From positions 252,087 through 316,086 of the forward strand of contig NIVC01000528.1 in NCBI GenBank assembly GCA_002269645.1: a stretch of DNA of 64,000 bases, in the 5' to 3' direction. This stretch comes from Macrostomum lignano (taxonomy: Eukaryota). Both the position numbers and the translations under genes were made by a program. Positions 47,869-58,840 of the stretch are shown one piece after another. A model generated the notes under the pieces. That model was not told where the DNA came from. It saw only the letters and a list, made by a program, of their open reading frames with translations, and did not search any database. Position 1 is the stretch's first letter; each line of letters starts with the position of its first letter.

Positions 47869-50800
47869 ATGCCATCAAAGTCGAAGGTCGGTTTCGTCAA
47901 CTCAGATAGCGGCAGTGGCCGCGGCGGCAACAACGGAGGCATCGACAGGAACAACAGCAGGAACAGCGAGGACGACAGCGAGGACGAGCGGCTGCTGGCG
48001 GAGCAGAGAGCCTCGGCCGACAAGCAGCTGCAGGAGATGGACGGGCTGGACGGATACGAGAAGATCGGCGTACCTGGCGGTGAGGGGCGAATGCCCAAGA
48101 AAATTCTTTGTTTTAAAGTGGCTTTCTGCCCAGCCCTTTTGCGAACGACACCTCCCTGTCTTATGTAGTAAAAATTGGTGAATATTCTTTTTATAAATTT
48201 CTCTCAGGACACTTTTAAGAGATACATCAAGTACGTCCACCCATTATCTTTGCCATCTTGATTGCAAAAATACCTGGGCGTTATTTCAAAGTAATATTGA
48301 CAGGATTGTCAGGAAGTTTTATGACACTTCCCTAGGTAAGCTAGATCAGATCCAAACCTACTAGTATTAGTTTCAAGTTCAATTGGCGTCCTCCTTGACC
48401 GCCGCGTTTCAGCCCTCGCTCAGCTGCCTGCCCCGAAGGCTAAAAGGCAAGAATTCGATGCCAAAGCCGGTGCTAAGACTTTTGAAAAGTAAGTCGCACT
48501 TAAAACATGGAAGGAATTGCTTTCAACGAGTCGTAACGCTTTTATAGACATGAAAAATCTCACTCGCAGGCTGCCCAAGGTAACAGAGGAGATCGCTCGG
48601 CAGACTCTCATTGAACATTCGCCGAAGAAGTGCTGCAACGGCCAGGGTCACTTGCGTACCATGCCAATCACAAAGGTCGAGAACACGCTAGCCTGGCATG
48701 TGAGTGCTATAAACCTGACCTGCTTTTAAGCTTTAAGATGTGTAGTTTGTTGTGAAGGCTACGGTATGTCACAGTTATATGTGACTGCCCCACCTATGGA
48801 GACTTTTCACAAATTTACAAGCCACCATTTTGAATATCCAGTACTCCCTGGAGAGTTTCGTTGAGTCCCGCTTCACCTGCTGGTCGTACGAGCCGTACAC
48901 GGGCCAGCAGTTTGATGGCAGGGAGAACGGCCGCGCCCCCGGCCCCTGGGACATCGAGCTGCACCCGAAAGAGATGTTCGCGGACGAGGACAGAGAGATC
49001 ACCGTACCTCACTCGGCATCGGTTAAGGTGATATTAAAAAAAGTTAACGCAAGCTAAAATATAACGGAAGGAGAAAAACTGGAACACTTTTTACCATAGT
49101 ATTTAAGGGTTCCATAGATACCAAAATTGCAGCACGGTGATTGTTTGTGCGTACGATTTAAAAATTTACCTCCCAATCCAAAAACCACATTTCAACTTGC
49201 AGCCGTGCCACCACTGCAGCCAGAGCGGCCGAGTGCCCTGCCGCAAGTGCCGCGGCAAGAAGACGGTCAGCTGCAGCGGCTGCTCCGGTCAGGGCAAAAA
49301 GATGCAGACGCAGGGCGCGGTGCCGCGTAAGGTGGTGTGCGGCGACTGCGACGGACACGGGAAGAAGCAGTAAGAGCGGTGGGGAGCGTAGCGCAGCAGT
49401 GGTCTTATGTACCAGCGGCCCAGGCTCGAATCCAAGCGCAGTCACATTAATTTGAGGCTACATTAGAATCTTGGCTTGGCTCTGCTCGTGCTATTAACAC
49501 CCCTGAGGGCCAACCTCCAAGGCACAGTTAAGTGTACATGCCTAACGATAAATAAATGTAGGGCCACTGTACACTCCTGTGTGTGTATGCGTGTGTGTGT
49601 ACCTGTGTTTACGACTGCGTACGTATCCGCGCGCTTGTGTGCTTGCTCAGGGGAGTCGGTAGAATGGGCAGTAAATAACGAGTAGCCTCTCGCAAGAACT
49701 ACTAGAAGTTACCGTTGTAATAGCGGTTAACTTCTTGTCGGTGATCGGCCTCTCACCGACTGTGTGACAATTTCGCTTAAAAACACAGCCCCCTGTCTCT
49801 AAAGACACAGCCCCCTGTCTCTAAAGACACAGCCCCCTGTCTCTAAAGACACAGCCCCTGCCTCTAAAGACACAGCCCCCTGCCTCTAAAGACACAGCCC
49901 CCTGTCTCTAAAGACACAGCCCCCTGCCTCTAAAGACACAGCCCCCTGCCTCTAAAGACACAGCCCCCTGTCTCTAAAGACACAGCCCCCTGCCTCTAAA
50001 GACACAGCCCCCTGCCTCTAAAGACACAGCCCCCTGTCTCTAAAGACACAGCCCCCTGTCTCTAAAGACACAGCCCCCTGCCTCTAAAGACACAGCCCCC
50101 TGTCTCTAAAGACACAGCCCCCTGCCTCTAAAGACACAGCCCCCTGCCTCTAAAGACACAGCCCCCTGTCTCTAAAGACACAGCCCCCTGTCTCTAAAGA
50201 CACAGCCCCCTGCCTCTAAAGACACAGCCCCCTGCCTCTAAAGACACAGCCCCTGCCTCTAAAGACACAGCCCCCTGCCTCTAAAGACACAGCCCCCTGC
50301 CTCTAAAGACACAGCCCCCTGCCTCTAATAAAAATCGGTAAAAATCAGAATCGCTTAGTTGGTTAGGTTGCAGGGGGTCTTTGGGCCCAACCGCAAAACC
50401 ATGCAATGCAACAGTCGTGGTCACAGCCACCGCAACCAGCGAGGATGCAAACAGTCAAACCCATTGGACTCACATGGAAACTTACGCAAGTACACTCTCG
50501 CATAGGATGTACAGCGGCTCTGAGTTTCTCATCCTCAAGCATGTACACTCTCTTGCCTCTGGAGTTGGCCCTCATGGGTAAGAATATCGCACGAGTCCAG
50601 GAGGTCGAATTTCGAGCACTAGACCTGGTACTTTGGTGTGAGAGTACTTTGGTGCGAGAATCGAACGCTGAGCTACTCTTGCTAACCAGGACTTCTTAGG
50701 GAGAACTTAATGCTGAATAGTGATCACAATGTTCCTTGAGTCCTTAATTCAATGTTAGAGAACTTCTGATTTATGCGTGTCTAGTGTCATTGTACTACCA

Positions 50801-53767
50801 TAGTGAAACAGCTACGAGCTACCTGTACTTCTTTCGAGGTATAATTGCTTCATCTTTATCCTTTAAAGATCTTGATGTAACCGCCCTTGTCGCCTGTCCG
50901 CTCCGTAGAGAGACGAACGCATGGCTAGAGGGGGCAATGACCGTAGGCTGCCTATGACCGGGCAATGACCTGACGGACCTCCAGCACCAGACTGTCCCGC
51001 CCACATGATTAGTAGCTTTGGTAGCGCTTCGTGACCAGAGGGCCAAGGACCCACATGGACCCCACCTGTAGCCAAGGTGCAATAGTTGGTCACTCGGTCA
51101 TGGTATGACCGAGTGGCTGCCACCACTCTATGTGACCTGGCGCACCTGGATCTTTCTACCAGACCTCTCGAGGCTAGAGCCCCGCCTGGATTGGTTACCA
51201 GGGGATTTAGGCTAACAGGGGAGACGCATGCAGCCGAGTACAGGGACTCTGCTTGGGGCATGATCGGGAACTCTGGGCTCAATCCTGGAGGATTTCTCAG
51301 CAGGGGATCCTTTGTGGCTGTGAGCGAGGCTGACTTGCGACTTTGATTACTAAGAGTAGTATGAGGCGAACATGTACTGTCTACAGTTTAGATTGCTCAG
51401 GGCGAAGGGACGCGTTAGCATGGGGTTGCAACCTTCCTACTGCCATTCTGTGCCAAGACTCGCTAATCCCTCTACTGCACGCACACGCGGCCCCGCAGCA
51501 CGCACTCACAGGCGGGCTTTGCACGGGGAGAGGCCATTAGCTTACCCAAACTTCCTTATGCTTTGCCACCCCGGGAGAAAGGCTTAGCAAGCCATGAGTG
51601 AAATGATGGTGAAAGATTGAATAATGATGAAGTTAGTTAATAGCTAATAATTAGGCCCTTAGGCAAATAAGCAGGCAATTAGGCGGCTTCACTATTGAGT
51701 AAAATACAGCAAAAGATACGGTATCACAATTGGCTCAGCTCTCTAATCAGACAATGGAAAATAGGCAAACCCCGGATAAGCAAAGGCAATTAGAGCACAA
51801 ATTAGTAGCAGGAACTTACCGGCAGCTGCACAGAGAGAGAGAGAGGCGGAGTGACCGAGGGCGGCTGTAGGCTGCAGTCAGGCAGACGGTGAAGCGGCGA
51901 TGCGCTGGAGCGACGAGGCGCTGATGTAGATCAGGCGATGCTGATGATGCTGGGCGGTATCAGACCGCTGGCCGATAGGCGAGCTCACTTGGGGAGCTAA
52001 GGATAACTTGGCGGTAACAGACCGCGGGCCGGCAGGGATTCGTCTTATAGACGAATCGGTCAGAACTCAATCTGACAGCAAGTCCAAAGAAGGACGAGGA
52101 GAGGAACAGAGATAAACTCAGTTGAGTATTCTCATGCCGAAATCGCTTCCTTTTATAGACCTCACAGCCGCCTCCTCAAGGTCGTTACCATGGCTCCCTC
52201 TCTCTGATTGGCTGCCGGCAGAATGACGTCAGAATGAGTCATGATGAGAAGCATGAGACCGGCATAGCAACATGAGAAATCGGGAAATTGCGCAATCCGG
52301 AGGTGGGGTGGGGGATAATTGGCGCAGCGGGTGGTCGCGAAAGTGTTGCGCAAGCAAACATTGAGAACAATAGGGCTGGGGTCGAGAACAAAGGAATTGG
52401 AAATCGGGGATAATTGGGGAAAACTGAGAACAATGGAAAAGTAAACATTGGAGAAAAGGTGATAATTAGGTGCGAAAACGAGAACAAAAGAAAGAGAAAA
52501 TCGGAGAAAATGTGATAATTGGTGGGGTCGAGAGAACAAAAGAAGCAAAAACGAGAACAATAGAAGCGGAGGTGGGGTGGGTGTCACATGAGAAATTTGG
52601 GAAGGAGAACAATAGCGTGAGAAAAGGTTGCGCAAGAGAGGGGGATGAGTCATCGATGAGTCACCGAGGGGAGAAGGGGTCACACGACTTGCGTCACCGT
52701 TTGGGAGTTTGAGAGGGGATGGGGAGACGGTGAGCACACAACGTACTGTAAGTAGACACAGGGAAAGAGGGGACAGCGCAGGAAAAGAGTGCAGAGGGAG
52801 ACAAAAAAAAGGAGGAGGTAGAGAAAGTACAGGAAGAATAGGGCGGGAACAGAAGAGATAGGGTAGAGGGGGGGGTACAGAAAGGGGTAGGGGCTCCGGA
52901 AAGGCAGGTGTGGCGGCAGGAGAGACGGGACCAAGGCAGCAGGAGGGGTGCAGCAGAGCGGGAGTCTCCAGGCCCGGTCGGAGACCTGGCCGAGTCTCGA
53001 CAGCTCTGTGCAGAGGGTGCACGGGATAGGAGGCACTTTCGAAAAAGTTCCCATGCCCTATCCCGCGACCAGAGCGTGGTTACATCAATCTTGCTATGTT
53101 ATTTTTAATCATCTTCGTTGAATCCCACTGAAAATTGAATGAGATTTCCGAATTAGAAACTTCCTCTGCATTGTCAGAGCTGTGCCAATCAATTTGGAAC
53201 TTCAACTTGCAACCTTCGTCACGGCACCCCATACAGCTGTCCGGTGTGCCAAGGCAACGGCGACGAGCAGTGCAGCACCTGCAAGGGGCAAAAACGGCTG
53301 GTCATCACCGTGAAAATGAAGTGCGAATGGCGCCGAAAGGACGTTGACTTTATCGAGGAGAAGACTGACATGCCCGACGAACTGGTGCGGAACGTCACGG
53401 GAAAGGATATTTTCGAGGAAGAGGCCGAAAGTGTAAGCCTATTGTTTGCTTCTTGTTGATGTTCGCGCAAAGAATGATGGGCCAAATATGGACTAAAAAG
53501 TGAAACGCAATCCCTGACTTGCAGGTATCGCCGATCACAAACTTTCCCTATCGCGCCGTCAACGAAGCGTCTCGCAAGCTGATCTCGGCGCACGACAAGA
53601 ACTTCTCCGGTCAGCGGGTGATCCGACAGCGGCACCAGCTGCGCGGCGTCCCAGTGACCGAGTGCCATTACGAGCACGACAGCAGGCTCGGCGCCTTCTT
53701 CGTGTACGGCTTCGAGAACATGCTGTACATTGAAAATCCACCCAGCGGCGGGTGCAGCCTGCTCTGA
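47869..53767 (+). CDS. SSUH2: SSUH2 homologue (DnaJ-type CxxCxGxG zinc-finger repeats)
   Basis: Exons 47869-48079, 48413-48488, 48570-48699, 48842-49027, 49203-49369, 53237-53432, 53525-53767, phase-consistent. Motifs VTEEIARQTL..KCC, YSLESFVESR, GPWDI, VPHSASVK, repeated CxxCxGxG, VPVTECHY and FFVYGFEN. Confidence 0.9.
49375..49790 (+). mobile_element. tRNA-derived SINE, copy 2 (longer 3' region with stem-loops)
   Basis: A-box-like TAGCGCAGCAGTGG and B-box GGCTCGAATCC; homologous to 16132-16462. 3' hairpin GTCGGTGA..TCACCGAC. Inserted just after the exon 5 donor. Confidence 0.78.
49783..50328. repeat. 22-nt minisatellite (aaagacacagccccctgcctct) at the SINE 3' end
   Basis: About 25 copies ending ctctaataaa, like the single unit that ends SINE copy 1. 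Confidence 0.95.
50873..53087 (-). mobile_element. Solo LTR (2215 bp), probably Gypsy-type
   Basis: Termini TGATGTAACC...GGTTACATCA with 4-bp target duplication ATCT (50869-50872 and 53088-53091). Minus-strand CCAAT, TGACGTCA and TATAAAAG promoter motifs near 52150-52235; no coding remnants recognised. Confidence 0.82.
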
Positions 53768-54929
53768 ATGGAGACAGCAGCTGAATAATATGAAAAGCGT
53801 GAGTTGACCACAAAAATACAGTTTACTGTTGGCCGGTCTGTTGTTCTTTTAACTGTGCCACGTTTTGATTTTTATTTTTAACTGTTTTTCCTCAATAGAT
53901 TTGGCTAGGCATTCTTTCTGCTAGAAGCCTTCAAAAATGCGAACGTGTCTTAGTTACTTTTTTACAGCTGATAATAACTCTGAATTCTGTGTCAATGTTC
54001 TCCCGTAGTTATCTTATTTTTTGCTTCACCTAAGGCTCGTTCACGCCACTATCAATGGAAACTAGTTTTTCGTGATCGAGAAAACCCTTTGCCCCTCATT
54101 GACTTCGTCACTTTGTAGCATGAGTCGTGTGATGCGACTGCATTGGCAACGAGCCTTGGGCGTTGTAAAAATCAAGTTTTCGGTATAGAATTTGAAGTAT
54201 AACGTGTACTTCCGCTTAGAGTTTTTACTCGTGTGTAGTAGATTGAGTTCTAAAGTGCTTGAATAGAAAATTATATCTAACCAATATCTGGCCAACGTCA
54301 CCTGCCGAATATTAAACACTGATAATGCAAGGACCGTTTTATGACATTGGACTATGCATACTTAACCAACTCAGTTACATGTATGTTGCTGCTAACATTA
54401 AACTGAAGTACAACGTACAAGTTCATTGGTTTCCTAATAAAATTCAGAAAGGCCTGCAAAATATTCTCAACTTTGTATTGACAGTAGAAAGTGACGAATG
54501 CTGATGACTCTAACTGCCCAAGTTTGGCTTTTAGCGACTGAGGAGTTTCAAAATTTTACAAAAATATTTTTATATCTTTTCTCTGCGACACTGCCTTCTC
54601 TTGATCCCACTGTGGAATCCCATGCTTACTGTATTTTTTATTTCAAAAGTAGATACGTAAATAATAAATACGACGTACCTGTCAAAAATGATTTGTTTAA
54701 AATTTTATTGTATTCATTTTCAGACCTGAATTCAACAACAGCAGCAGCTTGAATGCTTTTTTGAAAATTAAATTTAAAATTGTAACCCTTTCGGTAAGAA
54801 AATTTAAAACTTTAAAATAATTTGCAAAGAAAAAAATTAAAACAAATAATATAGCCTTATAATCCGGAGTTCATTCAACAAAGGCAAATATTCGAATGGA
54901 AATGCGACTTTCTTTATTCTTCATCCTAT

Positions 54930-57900
54930 CCGGGGAGAATCAGACAGGATGTGACAGTTACTAATCATCCGGTCCGGGGTGAATCAGACAGGATGTGACA
55001 GTTACTAATCATCCGGTCCGGGGTGAATCAGACAGGATGTGACAGTTACTAATCATCCGGTCCAGGGTGAATCAGACAGGATGTGACAGTTACTAATCAT
55101 CCGCTGCGGGGTGAATCAGACAGGATGTGACAGTTACTAATCATCCGCTCCGGGGAGAATCAGACAGGATGTGACAGTTACTAATCATCCGCTCCGGGGT
55201 GAATCAGACAGAATGTGACAGTTACTAATCATCCGGTCCGGGGTGAATCAGACAGGATGTGACAGTTACTAATCATCCGGTCCGGGGTGAATCAGACAGG
55301 ATGTGACAGTTACTAATCATCCGGTCCGGGGTGAATCAGACAGGATGTGACAGTTACTAATCATCCGCTCCGGGGTGAATCAGACAGGATGTGACAGTTA
55401 CTAATCATCCGCTCCGGGGTGAATCAGACAGGATGTGACAGTTACTAATCATCCGGTCCGGGGTGAATCAGACAGGATGTGACAGTTACTAATCATCCGC
55501 TCCGGGGTGAATCAGACAGGATGTGACAGTTACTAATCATCCGCTCCGGGGAGAATCAGACAGGATGTGACAGTTACTAATCATCCGGTCCGGGGTGAAT
55601 CAGACAGGATGTGACAGTTACTAATCATCCGGTCCGGGGAGAATCAGACAGGATGTGACAGTTACTAATCATCCGCTGCGGGGTGAATCAGACAGGATGT
55701 GACAGTTACTAATCATCCGGTCCGGGGTGAATCAGACAGGATGTGACAGTTACTAATCATCCGCTCCGGGGTGAATCAGACAGGATGTGACAGTTACTAA
55801 TCATCCGGTCCGGGGAGAATCAGACAGGATGTGACAGTTACTAATCATCCGGTCCGGGGTGAATCAGACAGGATGTGACAGTTACTAATCATCCGCTCCG
55901 GGGTGAATCAGACAGGATGTGACAGTTACTAATCATCCGGTCCGGGGTGAATCAGACAGGATGTGACAGTTACTAATCATCCGGTCCGGGGTGAATCAGA
56001 CAGGATGTGACAGTTACTAATCATCCGGTCCAGGGTGAATCAGACAGGATGTGACAGTTACTAATCATCCGCTGCGGGGTGAATCAGACAGGATGTGACA
56101 GTTACTAATCATCCGCTCCGGGGAGAATCAGACAGGATGTGACAGTTACTAATCATCCGCTCCGGGGTGAATCAGACAGAATGTGACAGTTACTAATCAT
56201 CCGGTCCGGGGTGAATCAGACAGGATGTGACAGTTACTAATCATCCGGTCCGGGGTGAATCAGACAGGATGTGACAGTTACTAATCATCCGGTCCGGGGT
56301 GAATCAGACAGGATGTGACAGTTACTAATCATCCGCTCCGGGGTGAATCAGACAGGATGTGACAGTTACTAATCATCCGCTCCGGGGTGAATCAGACAGG
56401 ATGTGACAGTTACTAATCATCCGGTCCGGGGTGAATCAGACAGGATGTGACAGTTACTAATCATCCGCTCCGGGGTGAATCAGACAGGATGTGACAGTTA
56501 CTAATCATCCGCTCCGGGGAGAATCAGACAGGATGTGACAGTTACTAATCATCCGGTCCGGGGTGAATCAGACAGGATGTGACAGTTACTAATCATCCGG
56601 TCCGGGGAGAATCAGACAGGATGTGACAGTTACTAATCATCCGCTGCGGGGTGAATCAGACAGGATGTGACAGTTACTAATCATCCGGTCCGGGGTGAAT
56701 CAGACAGGATGTGACAGTTACTAATCATCCGCTCCGGGGTGAATCAGACAGGATGTGACAGTTACTAATCATCCGGTCCGGGGAGAATCAGACAGGATGT
56801 GACAGTTACTAATCATCCGGTCCGGGGTGAATCAGACAGGATGTGACAGTTACTAATCATCCGCTCCGGGGTGAATCAGACAGGATGTGACAGTTACTAA
56901 TCATCCGGTCCGGGGTGAATCAGACAGGATGTGACAGTTACTAATCATCCGGTCCGGGGTGAATCAGACAGGATGTGACAGTTACTAATCATCCGCTCCG
57001 GGGTGAATCAGACAGGATGTGACAGTTACTAATCATCCGCTCCGGGGTGAATCAGACAGGATGTGACAGTTACTAATCATCCGGTCCGGGGAGAATCAGA
57101 CAGGATGTGACAGTTACTAATCATCCGCTGCGGGGTGAATCAGACAGGATGTGACAGTTACTAATCATCCGCTCCGGGGTGAATCAGACAGGATGTGACA
57201 GTTACTAATCATCCGGTCCGGGGTGAATCAGACAGGATGTGACAGTTACTAATCATCCGGTCCGGGGTGAATCAGACAGGATGTGACAGTTACTAATCAT
57301 CCGCTCCGGGGTGAATCAGACAGGATGTGACAGTTACTAATCATCCGCTCCGGGGTGAATCAGACAGGATGTGACAGTTACTAATCATCCGCTCCGGGGT
57401 GAATCAGACAGAATGTGACAGTTACTAATCATCCGGTCCGGGGTGAATCAGACAGGATGTGACAGTTACTAATCATCCGCTCCGGGGTGAATCAGACAGG
57501 ATGTGACAGTTACTAATCATCCGCTCCGGGGAGAATCAGACAGGATGTGACAGTTACTAATCATCCGCTCCGGGGTGAATCAGACAGGATGTGACAGTTA
57601 CTAATCATCCGGTCCGGGGAGAATCAGACAGGATGTGACAGTTACTAATCATCCGGTCCGGGGTGAATCAGACAGGATGTGACAGTTACTAATCATCCGG
57701 TCCGGGGTGAATCAGACAGGATGTGACAGTTACTAATCATCCGCTCCGGGGTGAATCAGACAGGATGTGACAGTTACTAATCATCCGCTCCGGGGTGAAT
57801 CAGACAGGATGTGACAGTTACTAATCATCCGCTCCGGGGAGAATCAGACAGGATGTGACAGTTACTAATCATCCGCTCCGGGGTGAATCAGACAGAATGT

Positions 57901-57950
57901 GACAGTTACTAATCATCCGGTCCGGGGTGAATCAGACAGGATGTGACAGT
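54930..57950. repeat. 44-nt satellite array (~68 copies; ccggggtgaatcagacaggatgtgacagttactaatcatccggt)
   Basis: Near-identical units with no spacers; variants recur at 968 nt (22 units). Confidence 0.97.
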
Positions 57951-58221
57951 AGTAGTATAGAAAAAGACGCTTCTAGACCCAGAGCACTTTTTTAATGTCC
58001 GTTTTAAGGGTCTAGAGGGGGGACACGGGGGGTAAATAAAAAAACACATCTAAACACCATTAATACATCTAATCACCCATAATCACCCCTAACAATAAAA
58101 ATCACTTCCCAACACTTCCAAACACTCCCCAACACCCCCCTCGCGTCCCCCCTCTTAAGACCATAAAAACGGTCATTAAAATAAGGTCTGATCTAGAAGC
58201 GTCTTTTTCTATACTACTACT
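57948..58221. repeat. 274-nt cassette bounded by inverted AGTAGTAGTATAGAAAAAGACGCTTCTAGA repeats
   Basis: The first 30 nt are perfectly inverted, with imperfect pairing to about 85 nt; no TSD seen. Confidence 0.85.
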
Positions 58222-58275
58222 CTATAACCCCTTGCCCGCGCCGCAGGCGCGAAGGGTCTTTTTCTGTTACTAAAA

Positions 58276-58590
58276 ATGACCCAAGTTTACACCTTTTCTG
58301 TTAGTGATACTTTTGAGACTGTTGCTAAAAATGCAGAGATAATAAAACAACATATTTTGAATGGAATAATTGATGAAGTTTATTTAAAATATGACGACAA
58401 GCACGACCTAAAACTTTATCCATTAGAGCTAGATGAGATGTATGATTTAGAACAAGAGGGTGAGTTAATATTTCAACTTGGAGATTATTTAAATTCGGAT
58501 GATTGGGAGGTTAGATCAACAGATTCCGAATCAACAAATAGTTCATATGAAACCAGTGATTCAGAGAATGAAAGTGAAATTTTTATGTGA
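58276..58590 (+). CDS. Viral ORFan, 104 aa, acidic
   Basis: Open ORF with AAAAATG start context as in the neighbouring viral genes; no family recognised. Confidence 0.55.
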   Translation: MTQVYTFSVSDTFETVAKNAEIIKQHILNGIIDEVYLKYDDKHDLKLYPLELDEMYDLEQEGELIFQLGDYLNSDDWEVRSTDSESTNSSYETSDSENESEIFM

Positions 58591-58662
58591 AAAAAATATT
58601 TAAAAAATGAACTATTATTCTATAACAGAAACGACATTTATTGTGAAAAATATATATAAAAA

Positions 58663-58830
58663 ATGAAGGTAAACCATTCCTACATCGGAAATGTTCCAAT
58701 TAATGAACTTAATGAAAATTTAAGTTTGATAACAGTTGAACAAATGTCAATAATAATATTAGTAACAATTATAGTAATAATATTGTTTTTGTTTGTTATA
58801 AAAAATTTACTACCATGTTGTCTTAAGTAA
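58663..58830 (+). CDS. Small (55 aa) single-pass membrane protein
   Basis: MKVNHSYIGNVPINELNENLSLITVEQMSIIILVTIIVIILFLFVIKNLLPCCLK*; AAAAAATG context; below the ORF-track cutoff. Confidence 0.45.
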   Translation: MKVNHSYIGNVPINELNENLSLITVEQMSIIILVTIIVIILFLFVIKNLLPCCLK

Positions 58831-58840
58831 CTGTTTGAAC

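Noticed and set aside
54930-57950. CRISPR-like array (also considered for the 23-31-nt arrays)
   Set aside because: Units are head-to-tail with no unique spacers, there are no cas genes, and the context is eukaryotic.
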